Assembly: GCA_963799845.1 (NCBI GenBank) | Contig: CAWCYI010000004.1 | Location: 544,001 to 608,000 of the forward strand | Length of the DNA: 64,000 nucleotides | Direction: 5' to 3' | From: an uncultured Nitrososphaerota archaeon | GTDB taxonomy: Archaea; Thermoproteota; Nitrososphaeria; Nitrososphaerales; CADDZS01 | In this document: piece after piece, positions 30,129 through 40,567 of the stretch | How the letters are laid out: every line of letters begins with the position of its first letter | Position numbering within the stretch: the first letter of the stretch is position 1 | Translations under genes and position numbers: made by a program | The notes under the pieces: model-generated | Databases searched by the model: none | Seen by the model: the letters and a program-made list of their open reading frames with translations, nothing else | What the model was told of the DNA's origin: nothing

Positions 30129-31028
30129 CTAATCTAACGATTCCAAGATCCTTTCAACATATTCCTTGGATTCCGCAGCAAGATCCACGAAGGACTTGCC
30201 CGTAATTCCGTAGCGGTAGGGAATCATGATCATCGGCCCATCAAAATTAATCTCGACCAGCGTCCTGACCATCGACTCGATGTCCAGAGACCCCTTACCC
30301 GGAACTAAATGCGAGTGTAAAGATATGATGTCCAGGTGGTCCCGGATCCAGGCCTGGACCGGCTTTATCGAGTCGGCCATGTGAACCTCGGAGAGTACGC
30401 CCTGGACAGCCGCATACCTGATCATGGCGCTGGCGTCGGCTTCCATCCGGCCGGCGAGGACGAATGTGTGCGGAGCCACGTAAATGTATTTGACGTTCTT
30501 GCAACCCGACTCGCGGATGAGGTCGACGCACGGATCGGATTCCTCGATGAAATCTCCGGGGTGCGGCATGAAAGCGAGCTGGATTCCCTCATCACGAAGA
30601 ACAGGATCGAGCTCCCTGACTGATTTTGTCCACGCCTCTTCATGGTCCAAGTGATAGAGCGGTCTCCCGCCCATCTGGGAGTAGATCTGCCTGCAGCCGA
30701 ATTTCTTGCAAAGCTTGATCAACTTTGTGAATTGCGCGACGCCCCTCTTCCGGACGATCTCGTATTCGGGATCGGCGGGCGAGCTGGGGAGCTGCTCCAT
30801 CGCGCCGGATAGGCCGAGGGCGTTCCAGGCGTTGAAGGTCACGAGGTCCGTGGGCTTTAATCCCGATTTCTCGAGCTGAGTCTGCACCGATTCGACGACC
30901 TGATCGTTTGGGATCATTCCCATTTCGATACCCGGAAACAGCATCGGGTGGAGCGCGACGTATTCGAAGCCCCGGTTTTTGAGATGATCAAAAGCGTCAA
31001 GGGAGTGCGCGTAGGCGGTTAACTTCAA
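30129..31028 (-). CDS. Sugar phosphate isomerase/epimerase (IolH-like TIM barrel)
   Basis: PHPGDFIE, Y.Y.APHTF, VH.ADS, H.HL.PG.G. Confidence 0.8.
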   Translation of the reverse strand: MKLTAYAHSLDAFDHLKNRGFEYVALHPMLFPGIEMGMIPNDQVVESVQTQLEKSGLKPTDLVTFNAWNALGLSGAMEQLPSSPADPEYEIVRKRGVAQFTKLIKLCKKFGCRQIYSQMGGRPLYHLDHEEAWTKSVRELDPVLRDEGIQLAFMPHPGDFIEESDPCVDLIRESGCKNVKYIYVAPHTFVLAGRMEADASAMIRYAAVQGVLSEVHMADSIKPVQAWIRDHLDIISLHSHLVPGKGSLDIESMVRTLVEINFDGPMIMIPYRYGITGKSFVDLAAESKEYVERILESLD

Positions 31029-31110
31029 TTTAGGTTATCCTGCCTACCTGAGATTTCAGACCCTTATAGCAATTAACTCAGCCCAGTCCGATATGATAAG
31101 AATTCAAAAC

Positions 31111-31521
31111 GAACTCGGCGTTTCGAGCTCCGATTGAGATACAGATAGGCGAAACAAGCTGTTTCAATTGAACAAAGCTGAGAAACGAGCTGAACAGAAA
31201 GTACTCTCTAGAGTGCTTCGAGCACGGTTGCAGAACTCTCCTGGGGGGGCCCTTTCCATACATAATCGGCTAAAATTTCCAGAACATCCTCGAAAACTCG
31301 AAAATCCAGTACGAAATGATCAACTCGACGATTGTCGAGTAACATCTCCATCAATGTTCTTTGTGTCACCGTTCAATTCGTTCTGAGCTTACTAAGCTCC
31401 GTTCAGCTTGAAACGAGCTCTTCTGAGCTTACAGAGCTTGAACGTAGCTCTCTCGTCAAAAGGTACGCGCGGTTGCGAAATCGCACAATTTTTTCTATAT
31501 AAGAATCAATGAGAACTGGTA
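31111..31521 (-). repeat. AGCT-rich dispersed intergenic repeat, copy C (long form)
   Basis: AGCT at 31126, 31157, 31176, 31188 and phased array 31386, 31395, 31405, 31416, 31426, 31435, 31446; tail AAGAATCAATGAGAACTGGTA. Confidence 0.9.
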
Positions 31522-31590
31522 TTTGAATGACGAGGGTTTTCTTGAGTCAGTTAGGTGCTTCTGCCTGGATTTCATATTCCTAGAATATCG

Positions 31591-32118
31591 TCACGTTGCG
31601 TTGACCACCAGTTCTCCATTTTGCATGTATGGATGGATAGCACAGAAAATGCTGCAATAGATTCTGAAGGTTCCAGCCTGATTTGCTGAGAACGTTAGCG
31701 TGTATGTTTCTCCCGGGCGCACGGTTGCGCCGCTGTTAAAATAGTGAGTTATCGCAAAGCCGTGGGATTCTGATGAAGCACAGTTGAAAACATGTATTTC
31801 GACCGTTTGCCCTTGGTAAACCTGAATCACGGGCCACGGTGTCGAAAGATGAAAGGCACTTCCGTTCATACCCTCATAATTGTTTCCCGGATCCGATTCT
31901 ATGATTGTGAAAGAAACGGTTGAACTCGTGGAGGAGCTGTTCGCGATCCCGGGGGCGCTCTGGGTGGTACTGATCACGGAGCATGGAGAATTCGCATTAG
32001 TACTAGTTGAGCCTCGGGATGTTAAAGCAAGTATTCCACTTATCGCCACGACCGCGATTATTGCGACAATTACGACAATAAGAAGTGGGCTAAGTCCCCG
32101 AACGGATTTCGATCGCAT
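31591..32118 (-). CDS. Membrane-anchored cupredoxin-domain protein
   Basis: N-terminal TM; HGF...PGET....F.A..AGTF.IYCSIFCAIHPYM. Confidence 0.85.
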   Translation of the reverse strand: MRSKSVRGLSPLLIVVIVAIIAVVAISGILALTSRGSTSTNANSPCSVISTTQSAPGIANSSSTSSTVSFTIIESDPGNNYEGMNGSAFHLSTPWPVIQVYQGQTVEIHVFNCASSESHGFAITHYFNSGATVRPGETYTLTFSANQAGTFRIYCSIFCAIHPYMQNGELVVNAT

Positions 32119-32172
32119 GTGACTGTCTCCAGTTCACCCGTCCCTGGATATATCGAAGTTCTTATGCTTCTC

Positions 32173-33042
32173 TCAGTGAAATAGAGCCGCGATATAAAGC
32201 AGCATGAATCCAACTGCCAGCGCGAAGAATTTTCTTCCACCGAGATAAGAGGGAGCATTCACACCAATCGCAAACTTGTCAGACAATGCCTGGGAGAGCC
32301 GTATCGCGGCGTAGAATGCAGCTGTCACTCCAAAAGCGTAGAAGTAAGTTGTGTCAAGCGAAATGTAATATCCCAGAGAAGTTCCGATTACGGAAGTCAG
32401 CCCGAAAAACAATCCCAGAACCGGTAAATGCCACTTTGCCTTCTGAGCTAATTCGGTTCGACCTATATAGCACGTGTAGACAATGGCTATTATCGAAGAT
32501 TCGAAGAATTTGTGAAGCGGATATGAAATTACGGCATTCCATCCTCCAAATGCAGTGACCAGACTTCCGGTCGTCGCAGCTGATGCGGCCGAGGCAAAAT
32601 CCCAACCCTCTCCCATACCGTGTATTCCCATCACCGCGGCGACCCCTATCGGAACTAGGACTAGGGTTTTCGATTTTCCTGTAGAAATTGAAACCTGTCC
32701 ATCCTCAAATTTTGAGTTTGGGACCGCGTAGTGGTCGATGATTGCAAGCGCTACAATTCCGCCAAGGAATGCGGCAATTACTGCAAAGTGCGTCGCTCCG
32801 TTGAACGAAGAAAATGGGTATATGGCATAATTGACATCAAGCTGGGCTGCGTCTCCCATCGTATCAAAGAAGAACCAGAAAGTAAGTCCAACTCCTGCGG
32901 CGGCTAGAATAGCTGTCTGTATCGGCTTTAGTCTGGGAATGATGAACAGAGCCAGGTAAGCGGGAATGAGAGTCCCGGCAATTATTGCTAATAGGGTAGT
33001 TCCGTAATCTATCATTTTTGGCGAAACTCGCAATTGAAACAA
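32173..33042 (-). CDS. ZIP-like divalent metal transporter
   Basis: About 8 TMs with GIHGMGEG and LHKFFE metal motifs. Confidence 0.7.
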   Translation of the reverse strand: MFQLRVSPKMIDYGTTLLAIIAGTLIPAYLALFIIPRLKPIQTAILAAAGVGLTFWFFFDTMGDAAQLDVNYAIYPFSSFNGATHFAVIAAFLGGIVALAIIDHYAVPNSKFEDGQVSISTGKSKTLVLVPIGVAAVMGIHGMGEGWDFASAASAATTGSLVTAFGGWNAVISYPLHKFFESSIIAIVYTCYIGRTELAQKAKWHLPVLGLFFGLTSVIGTSLGYYISLDTTYFYAFGVTAAFYAAIRLSQALSDKFAIGVNAPSYLGGRKFFALAVGFMLLYIAALFH

Positions 33043-33138
33043 CGTATTGAAGGTTATGGCTCAATCTGCGAACTCTGATCAAGTGGTGAACTTCGGTAAC
33101 GTATTAGAATAGAAGCGAGTTATCGTCAGGAGTGTAAA

Positions 33139-33567
33139 TTGCTCGATTCAATAATCAGCGGCAGTTGGCTGGTCACCTCTCCTAGTTTGAGTACCTCTTC
33201 GATAGATTGGGGTGACGCAGTGATGCACATTCTCATAGTTGCCCTATCTATCGCTGTGCTATCTGTATCTCTTCTTGCTTACAACAGAAGACGAAACAGG
33301 AGATACCTGTATCTTACGGTAGGGTTTCTCTTCATCTTCTTGAGTCAATTTGCAACACTGTTTGAGGTCGTATTTCTTTCTAATGCCCTAATAATAATTC
33401 CTTCGATCGGTCTTCATCTTTCTCATGTGTTTGATTTCTTGACCCTTATCTTTTTCCTGTTGGCGCTTTCCGGGTATGGACAGGAGGGAGCCCGCAAAAA
33501 GACAGTTATCGAGCCATTCTCAAGCGCTCAAAAGCAAGCACCGCTTGCTAACAAAAAGAACATCTGA
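33139..33567 (+). CDS. Small membrane protein (archaeal SL.AY.RR family)
   Basis: Three TMs, VSLLAYNRRR...L.L..GF. Confidence 0.7.
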   Translation: MLDSIISGSWLVTSPSLSTSSIDWGDAVMHILIVALSIAVLSVSLLAYNRRRNRRYLYLTVGFLFIFLSQFATLFEVVFLSNALIIIPSIGLHLSHVFDFLTLIFFLLALSGYGQEGARKKTVIEPFSSAQKQAPLANKKNI

Positions 33568-33643
33568 CAATGCTTCTGAGTACATGTTCAAGCAAAATAA
33601 ATTACATAATTCACTTTTTCCGTTCTTGATGGAAAAGCTGGGT

Positions 33644-34027
33644 TCAAATAACGATCAGCTTGACGCTTTTCATCTTGTCTTCCCTCTGGAATTCTTTTGC
33701 CATCTTGGAAACACGTTTTGCATCACCTTCGACAAGGAATAGCTCGACGCAATTTGTGTGTCCAATCTTGTTGTGAATGTGCGTCTTTACGATTTCGTCA
33801 AATTCGTGTTTAACTTTTGTAATCGGAGCCTCATCGGACTCATCGTGAGTAACAACTATGATCGCATTTGCCTTCCCAGCGAGAGAGTCTTTTTCCTTGG
33901 AGTCTTCGAGCAAGAGCCGAATAACTGCTCTAACCAGTTCAGACCGACCGGTAAATCCCCCAGCGCTCTGGACCTGATCCATTTCCTTTATCATCTGTTC
34001 CGGGAATGACAAACTGACGATTGGCAA
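33644..34027 (-). CDS. NikR-like CopG/RHH metal-responsive regulator
   Basis: IVSLSFP....D....GF.GRSEL.R, VTH, THIH.K....CVE. Confidence 0.88.
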   Translation of the reverse strand: MPIVSLSFPEQMIKEMDQVQSAGGFTGRSELVRAVIRLLLEDSKEKDSLAGKANAIIVVTHDESDEAPITKVKHEFDEIVKTHIHNKIGHTNCVELFLVEGDAKRVSKMAKEFQREDKMKSVKLIVI

Positions 34028-34168
34028 ATCCGAATTACCTCTAATAATTAATCAATAAGATCTACCCGTTAAGTTATTAATATTTTGATAACTATTATCA
34101 GTATTTTCGATAAAAGCGCGAGTGAAATTGGATATGTTTATCTCATAGGATAAGAATTCCCTCATTTC

Positions 34169-34456
34169 ATGCCGACATATGTTCTGCTGTCCAAACTCAC
34201 CCCGGAAGGTCGTAAGACGATAAAGGAACGCCCAGAAAGGATAGGCGAAGTCAACAAAGAGATAGAGCGATTTGGAGCCAAGGTCACTTCTCAGCTCGCA
34301 GTATTGGGTGCCTATGACTTTGTGACAATCGTTGAAGCTCCAAGCAATGAATCGGTCGCTCGCTTGTCTGCTGAACTCGGTTCGAGAGGTACTATTGAGA
34401 TAATGACACTGCCTGCGCTTTCCGTGGACAATCTAGTCAAGAGTCTAAAGACTTGA
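34169..34456 (+). CDS. GYD domain protein
   Basis: MPTY..L...T.EG, LGAYD.V..VEAP. Confidence 0.88.
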   Translation: MPTYVLLSKLTPEGRKTIKERPERIGEVNKEIERFGAKVTSQLAVLGAYDFVTIVEAPSNESVARLSAELGSRGTIEIMTLPALSVDNLVKSLKT

Positions 34457-34681
34457 TGCCTAAAGCGAATAACAACTTTTCATTATCTTAATCAACTGTA
34501 CAAAGGCACGGAGATCCGTCCGTTTGACGTTTCGGCAGAATGGGTCACTTGTGATTAAGGCAGAGGCTTGAATTTTCCGTGGACTCTGCTTTTGCAATGA
34601 GATTCGGTTGAATTCTCGCCGAAACTCACACACCGCAAGCCGTATATTGAAAATTTCAACCGTGTTTTTCATTGACCTGTA

Positions 34682-34999
34682 ATGTCGCGCCTTCTTGCTT
34701 TCGTGGACATTTTTGTCGAATCTCCTTACATGGATGAAGTTGTTCAAGCATTACAAAAGCTCCCCAACATGGAAGAGCTCTACGAGGTAACCGGGGAGTT
34801 TGATATCGTATCCCTCGTGTCTGCTGCGGATATTGAAGAATTCAGAGACATCCTGAAGAACAGAATTATGAAGATCAAGGGAGTTAAGAGTACCGTTACT
34901 TCAGTTGTGCTGCATTCGCACAAGGGCCAACGTTTCGCGTCCAATGGAAATGTCTCGCAATCGATGAGCGCGGCGGTTCCAACTTCCAGTTTGCGTTAG
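34682..34999 (+). CDS. Stand-alone Lrp/AsnC ligand-binding (RAM) domain protein
   Basis: LYEVTGEFDIV...I..IKGV.ST.TSVVL; no HTH. Confidence 0.88.
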   Translation: MSRLLAFVDIFVESPYMDEVVQALQKLPNMEELYEVTGEFDIVSLVSAADIEEFRDILKNRIMKIKGVKSTVTSVVLHSHKGQRFASNGNVSQSMSAAVPTSSLR

Positions 35000-35038
35000 C
35001 TCCCAGAATAAAAATTGGGTGTGCAGTACTGAAGGAAC

Positions 35039-36700
35039 TTGATTACGCTAATTCAGGTTGGAGACCTAGCACTTCTCTTTGCCGTAGTTCTATTTTCAGC
35101 GTGGTTACTAGCCCCTTACATTGTAAGGATCTATAAACGGACCCCAAGTCGTTTAGACAGGATATTCAATCCTGTTGAGAACGCGATCTACAAGATTTCC
35201 GGCGTAGACCCGAACAAGACTATGGGCTGGAAAGAGTATTTTCTTGCTGCCCTCATTCTAAACATTTGTCAGATGGCAATAGCATTTGTCATATTGATGA
35301 ATCAGAAAGTCTTGCCACTGAATCCGCAGGGTTTTCCCGGCCTAAGTTGGGACCTTGCCTTTAACACGGTTGTTTCGTTTGCGACAAACACAAATCTTCA
35401 GCATTACGCTGGTGAAGCTACGCTGTCTTACTTCAGCCAGATGACAGCAATACAATTCTTGCAATTCACGTCGGCTGCAACCGGTATTTGCTGCGGAATC
35501 GCTATGGTCAGAGGCTTTGTTGTTCATTCAAAAGATCTTGGGAACTTTTACGTAGATTTTGTAAGGTCTCTTACGAGATTGTTTGTACCGCTTTGCTTGA
35601 TTGCGGCAATAGTCTTTGTAGGCTTAGGTGTTCCGCAGACTTTGAGCGGATACACAACTGTCAAAACGATTGAAGGCGCGACCCAAAGCATACTTGTCGG
35701 ACCAGTTGCTTCACTCGTAGCAATTATGCAACTTGGTACAAACGGTGGAGGGTACTTCGGCGCAAATTCAGCTTATCCTTTTCAGAATCCAAACCCGGCT
35801 TCGGATGTGTTCGAAATTTTTCTAATGCTTCTCATTCCCACTGCGCTTTGTTTTGTATTCGGAGAATTCATCGGAAAGAAACGCGAAAGTACACCCATCA
35901 TAGTTGGCGCGTACGCCCTCTTCATGATCGATCTCGCGATTGCATTCGTCCCGACTCAGATCCTCAATGGACCGGGTCTTGAAACCAGATTCGGTGGATT
36001 CATGACGAGTTTCTGGACAGTTGTTACTACTGCGGTAACGACGGGATCGGTGAATTCATCTCTTGCTGGCAATAACCCGTTAGCAATTCTAGCTGGCTTC
36101 CTGGGAATGTTCATTCAATCAACTCCCGGCGGCAAGGGAGTCGGGCTGATGTATCTGCTGATGTATGTCATCATCACGATATTTGTCGTAGGCTTGATGT
36201 CTGGTCGAACTCCTGAGTATTTGGGGATAAAGATCAACAGTAGGGATGTCAAGCTGGTGATGATCGCGTTTCTTATTCATCCATTGATAATTATCATCCC
36301 GACAGTTATTGCGTACGCTGGGGGTTTCGTAACAGCCATAGGTTTGTCAGGTAATTCTCTTGGATTCACGCAGATTCTTTACGAATTTACCACTTCAGCA
36401 GCAAACAACGGTTCGGATTTTCTCGGAACGACCGCAAACACTCCCTTCTTCAATGTAGCGACTGCGTTAGTAATTTTCTGTGGGAGATATGGTCCTATCG
36501 CTTGTTTACTAGCAGTCGCAGGTTCTATGATCGGCAGAAAGAGAGCAACGACCGAGGCCGCGATAAAGACACATAGCTTAACGTTCTCACTGATCCTGGT
36601 TGCAAGCATTCTGATTCTAGTGGTTCTAACTTTCTTTCCGTTTCTTGCGCTTGGACCGATACTCGCCTTTCTACAGGGCCACATTAATTTCTTTACTTAG
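35039..36700 (+). CDS. kdpA: Potassium-transporting ATPase subunit A
   Basis: SFATNTNLQHY.GE, LGTNGGG, GRTPEYLG, ANNGS filters. Confidence 0.96.
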   Translation: MITLIQVGDLALLFAVVLFSAWLLAPYIVRIYKRTPSRLDRIFNPVENAIYKISGVDPNKTMGWKEYFLAALILNICQMAIAFVILMNQKVLPLNPQGFPGLSWDLAFNTVVSFATNTNLQHYAGEATLSYFSQMTAIQFLQFTSAATGICCGIAMVRGFVVHSKDLGNFYVDFVRSLTRLFVPLCLIAAIVFVGLGVPQTLSGYTTVKTIEGATQSILVGPVASLVAIMQLGTNGGGYFGANSAYPFQNPNPASDVFEIFLMLLIPTALCFVFGEFIGKKRESTPIIVGAYALFMIDLAIAFVPTQILNGPGLETRFGGFMTSFWTVVTTAVTTGSVNSSLAGNNPLAILAGFLGMFIQSTPGGKGVGLMYLLMYVIITIFVVGLMSGRTPEYLGIKINSRDVKLVMIAFLIHPLIIIIPTVIAYAGGFVTAIGLSGNSLGFTQILYEFTTSAANNGSDFLGTTANTPFFNVATALVIFCGRYGPIACLLAVAGSMIGRKRATTEAAIKTHSLTFSLILVASILILVVLTFFPFLALGPILAFLQGHINFFT

Positions 36701-36712
36701 ACGGGGAAGAAA

Positions 36713-38920
36713 ATGAGTCAAGCAACTGTCAATTCAGAAGTTCCGAAATTGAAAGAGAGCAAAAAGGAAACTCGTAGTTTCGGCGGTATGGTTCTTTCTC
36801 CGAGAGTTCTAGTCGATTCCATAGTCCGACTGAATCCGATCTCACTGCTCGCGAATCCTGTGATGTTTATCGTTGAGATTACGTTTTTCATAGTCTCTGC
36901 GATGGCGATTGATCCTCAGCTATTCTATCCCGTAGCCGCTGCTTCTGAGCGAACGTTCTACATCGAGGTCGCGATAATCCTCTTGATTACTGTTTGGTTT
37001 AGTACGCTATCTGATTCTCTAGCTGAAACGCAAGCGAGGATAACAGCAAACAGTCTTCGAACTCTCGAAACCGAAGTGATGAGTAAGAAAATCGTTACCG
37101 GGGCAGACGGGAATACGAGCCTTGTTGTAACTCCTTCAAATCAACTTCGCAAGGGCGATCTAATCTGGCTTGACAAGAACGATACCGTTCCAATCGATTC
37201 GGATGTTCTAGAAGGTATCGCAATGCTGGATGAATCCCTGCTTACTGGGGAGTCTACACCCGTAAGAAAAGCTCCCGGCGATCAACTGATCGGTGGTTCT
37301 AAGGTAATCAGCGACAGCCTTACTGCAAGAGTCAGCGTGAATCCCGGAGAAACCTACATCAACCAAATGATAAAGCTTGTAGAGTCCTCAAAAAGACCAA
37401 AGACCCCTAATGAACAGGCGGTTACGATTGTCCTTATTGGCTTGACAGCCATTTTCTCCATAATTCTCGCCGGTCTCCTAGGATTATCTGTCGCGCTCAA
37501 TCTCGGTGGAGATCTCTCCGTTCTGATCGCGCTGTACGTCTGTCTCTTACCAACTACAATCGGAGCGCTTCTTCCCGCGATAGGGCTTTCTGGGATCTCA
37601 AGGTTATACTCGAGAAAGATTGTTGCGAAATCAGGAAGAGCGATTGAAACTGCAGGCGACACTGACACCATTTTGCTCGACAAGACCGGGACAATAACTG
37701 TTGGCAACAGGCAGGCTATTGAGTTCATTCCATTTGATGGCTACAAAGAACGAGATGTGGGTGAAGCCGCTTTTCTGTCTTCGTGGCACGACGATACTCT
37801 CGAAGGCAGGAGTATTATCAGGCTCGCTTATGAGCGCGGTTTCATCCCGAGGGAAATCAACGATCTGGACCTGGCAGAGGTCTACGAGTTTTCGGCGACG
37901 ACTCGAACTAGCGGCGTGAAATTAACGAGTGGAAGTGGCTTCATGCTGCCAAAGATTGGAGACACCGGTAAAGGAAGGTATCGTCGCAAGAACGCTGACG
38001 AAGCTTTTGCGGAGTTCGTCGATTTCGATCTTAACGCGGAGAAGAAATCCTCAGACACAATTGAGATCATCAAGGGAGCCCCTGATTCGATCCGGAAGCT
38101 TGCGCTTTCTGTCCCCAGCAATTTCCAGAGTACGGTGGAAAGTATTTCGCTGGCGGGAGACACGGCGATCGCAATTGCGAGAAATCGGAATATCATCGGC
38201 GTAATCAGGCTTAGAGACGTTCTAAAACCCGACATCAAAGAGAAGATTCTCGCCGTTAAGACGATGGGGATAAGGCCAGTGATGATTACCGGAGACCAGT
38301 CACTTACAGCAAAAAGCATCGCGAATGAGGTGGGAATAGATGAGTTCGTTCCCCAGGCAAAGCCGGAAGACAAGTATGAGATCGTTCTGAGGGAACAGGA
38401 GGAATCTAGGATCGTTGCTATGATTGGCGATGGGACGAACGATGCACCCGCCTTGGCAGTAGCTGATGTGGGTCTCGCGATGAATTCAGGTACTCAAGCG
38501 GCGAAAGAGGCTGCCAACATGGTGGACATGGAATCGAACCCGGCTAAAATTATTGATGTCGTCATGCTTGGTAAACAGCTTCTGATGACTCGTGGCGCGG
38601 TCACAACTTTCAGCATAGCGAACGACGTCGCTAAGTATTTCGCGATAGTTCCCGTGTTGTTTGCCGCAATCCCCCAGCTACACACATTGAATATCCTCGG
38701 GCTTGGACTACACAGCGCGGTGCTCTCCGCTTTGATTTTCAACGCGATAATTATTCCAATGCTGATTCCACTTGCTATGAGAGGCGTTTCATTCAAGCCT
38801 TCTAATACCATGACGATTTTTCTGAAAAACACTTTCATCTACGGAGTGGGCGGGGTGATAATCCCGTTCGTGGGAATCAAACTTATCGACATTTTCCTTC
38901 AGGCAGTATTCCATGTTTAG
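36713..38920 (+). CDS. kdpB: Potassium-transporting ATPase subunit B
   Basis: TGES, LPTTIG.LL, DKTGT, GDGTNDAPAL, TTFSIANDVAKYF. Confidence 0.97.
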   Translation: MSQATVNSEVPKLKESKKETRSFGGMVLSPRVLVDSIVRLNPISLLANPVMFIVEITFFIVSAMAIDPQLFYPVAAASERTFYIEVAIILLITVWFSTLSDSLAETQARITANSLRTLETEVMSKKIVTGADGNTSLVVTPSNQLRKGDLIWLDKNDTVPIDSDVLEGIAMLDESLLTGESTPVRKAPGDQLIGGSKVISDSLTARVSVNPGETYINQMIKLVESSKRPKTPNEQAVTIVLIGLTAIFSIILAGLLGLSVALNLGGDLSVLIALYVCLLPTTIGALLPAIGLSGISRLYSRKIVAKSGRAIETAGDTDTILLDKTGTITVGNRQAIEFIPFDGYKERDVGEAAFLSSWHDDTLEGRSIIRLAYERGFIPREINDLDLAEVYEFSATTRTSGVKLTSGSGFMLPKIGDTGKGRYRRKNADEAFAEFVDFDLNAEKKSSDTIEIIKGAPDSIRKLALSVPSNFQSTVESISLAGDTAIAIARNRNIIGVIRLRDVLKPDIKEKILAVKTMGIRPVMITGDQSLTAKSIANEVGIDEFVPQAKPEDKYEIVLREQEESRIVAMIGDGTNDAPALAVADVGLAMNSGTQAAKEAANMVDMESNPAKIIDVVMLGKQLLMTRGAVTTFSIANDVAKYFAIVPVLFAAIPQLHTLNILGLGLHSAVLSALIFNAIIIPMLIPLAMRGVSFKPSNTMTIFLKNTFIYGVGGVIIPFVGIKLIDIFLQAVFHV

Positions 38921-38949
38921 AGCAATTTGCGCAACTGAGTGGACATAAA

Positions 38950-39447
38950 ATGAGCAAGAATTTGGCAGACAATAGCGATAAGAGGAAATCCAAGATCAGG
39001 GAGCATTTGCGACCTCTCGCCGGGATAGCTGTGATATCATTACTGATCGGGGGAGTATTCTTTCCCTTCCTGATCACCGGAATCGGCCAAGTTCTTTTTC
39101 CATATCAAGCGAATGGCGAAATCGTGCATCTCAACGGTCAGGCGATCGGCTCAAACCTGATTGACAACGGTTTCACGCTCCCAATTTTCTTCCACGCGAG
39201 GCCTTCAAACGAATCGGCATCCGGTGTGGATCCAGACATCAACCTTCAAGACGCCTATAATCAGTCCATGGGTATCAGTAATTCCACTGGGATACCGGTG
39301 GCTTCACTTAATCAGATTATCAACCAGAACACTGAGGGAACTTTCTGGATCTTCGGATTTTCCTACGTCAACGTACTTCATCTGAACATTATTTTGATAC
39401 AGACGTATCCTTCCGTTTACAAGAATTATACAGTATCTGCTTCATAA
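38950..39447 (+). CDS. kdpC: Potassium-transporting ATPase subunit C
   Basis: FP.QANG, GS.LI, FHARPS, SASGVDPDI, VNVL.LN. Confidence 0.93.
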   Translation: MSKNLADNSDKRKSKIREHLRPLAGIAVISLLIGGVFFPFLITGIGQVLFPYQANGEIVHLNGQAIGSNLIDNGFTLPIFFHARPSNESASGVDPDINLQDAYNQSMGISNSTGIPVASLNQIINQNTEGTFWIFGFSYVNVLHLNIILIQTYPSVYKNYTVSAS

Positions 39448-39479
39448 TTTGAAAAGACTGTTTTCTGAACTTCGATAAT

Positions 39480-40172
39480 CTATCTTAGTTTGCATCCTCT
39501 CCGAGCCCTTCTATCGGCCAGAAGTATCGCCAACAAAAGAAGGGGTGCACTGATCAGAACCAAAAGGGATTGCAGGCCTATCAGCCTAGTGAAATAAAGC
39601 GAAGAAATTCCTGTCGCTAGTGCGATAACTCCCGGGAGGGGGCCGCAGCAAACCATGGCTGCAAAAGTGGTAATCGCTGATGTCCATACACCGCCAACGA
39701 GACCTGCCCCCTTTGGGAGAATCGTTTTGGAATTTGGCAACGGATTGATCTTGAGGAGCGTACCAACTAGAAGAACGAGACCAAAGAGACTAAGAAAAAT
39801 TATTAGAGCATTTCCGTAGTCGAGCTCATAGGGCGAAAGCTCAAGAGAGATCGCGGTCAGCATTGAGATATTAGCACTGCCAAGACTCGAAAGTCCGGAA
39901 GCTACCTCACCTATGATGTATACAGCAAATCCGACTAGCCCTGCATATAGAGAAAGAGTAAGTAGTCTCTTTTGTTTTCCCAAGTCATACCTAGCGTAGA
40001 AATAATATGCCGCTGCTATCTCGATGCCTGCGATTAGGAAGGCGGATGCATAGCTGGCGAGGTATTCCACAAAACAGGCAGCAAGAGAAATGGCGTATTC
40101 TTGGGTATTGAGGTAGATCCAATCGGATAGCCCACCCAAAAGAAGGATCCCCATTACTGCCAAAAACGCCAA
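39480..40172 (-). CDS. Multi-TM membrane protein with vicinal CC motif
   Basis: About 6 TMs; AMVCCGP within a helix, reminiscent of MerT/MerC metal-binding pairs. Confidence 0.65.
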   Translation of the reverse strand: MAFLAVMGILLLGGLSDWIYLNTQEYAISLAACFVEYLASYASAFLIAGIEIAAAYYFYARYDLGKQKRLLTLSLYAGLVGFAVYIIGEVASGLSSLGSANISMLTAISLELSPYELDYGNALIIFLSLFGLVLLVGTLLKINPLPNSKTILPKGAGLVGGVWTSAITTFAAMVCCGPLPGVIALATGISSLYFTRLIGLQSLLVLISAPLLLLAILLADRRARRGCKLR

Positions 40173-40222
40173 GCGTCCGCCGGTAAAGACGACCGCAGAA
40201 GCGTTGTTCGAACTCCGCGTTA

Positions 40223-40567
40223 CTATAATTCGTCACTCTCCTGATCTTCAGTATCCTCGCTTGAATACTCAGGGTTTCGGCGTCGTCTGATATCCCTGAT
40301 AGTTAATGCGATGAAGACCGCGGCGACCACACCTAGACCGAGATCGATTGAAATGTCGATATAGTCAGGTCCCCCAGAGTAAGCGCCAAACGGCAGTCCG
40401 GGACATTTGGCCTCAACCTTGAGCAACGCTATTTGAAATTCAGATGAGAGATATTCACTTCCCGTTCTGCTAAGCAATAACCAAAAAGCAAGAGACGCCG
40501 CGATTATAGATAGAAGATTCTTGGCTTGAATCGCTGACCTGACCCTAAAAGAAGACCTCTTGTTCAA
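40223..40567 (-). CDS. Two-TM hypothetical protein
   Basis: TTG at 40567 overlaps the stop of the upstream gene; two hydrophobic helices. Confidence 0.55.
   Translation of the reverse strand: MNKRSSFRVRSAIQAKNLLSIIAASLAFWLLLSRTGSEYLSSEFQIALLKVEAKCPGLPFGAYSGGPDYIDISIDLGLGVVAAVFIALTIRDIRRRRNPEYSSEDTEDQESDEL

Noticed and set aside
31241-31255. G-string as an archaeal ORB/replication origin
   Set aside because: No TTCCAGTGGAAA-type ORB core and no cdc6/orc1 nearby; it is part of the dispersed repeat.
31168-31386. Short ORFs inside repeat copies (also 12816-13034)
   Set aside because: Reading frames are not conserved between homologous copies.
31380-31450. AGCT arrays as a CRISPR array
   Set aside because: The repeated unit is only 4-6 bp with 5-7 bp between units; there are no 25-40 bp repeats with unique spacers and no cas genes.
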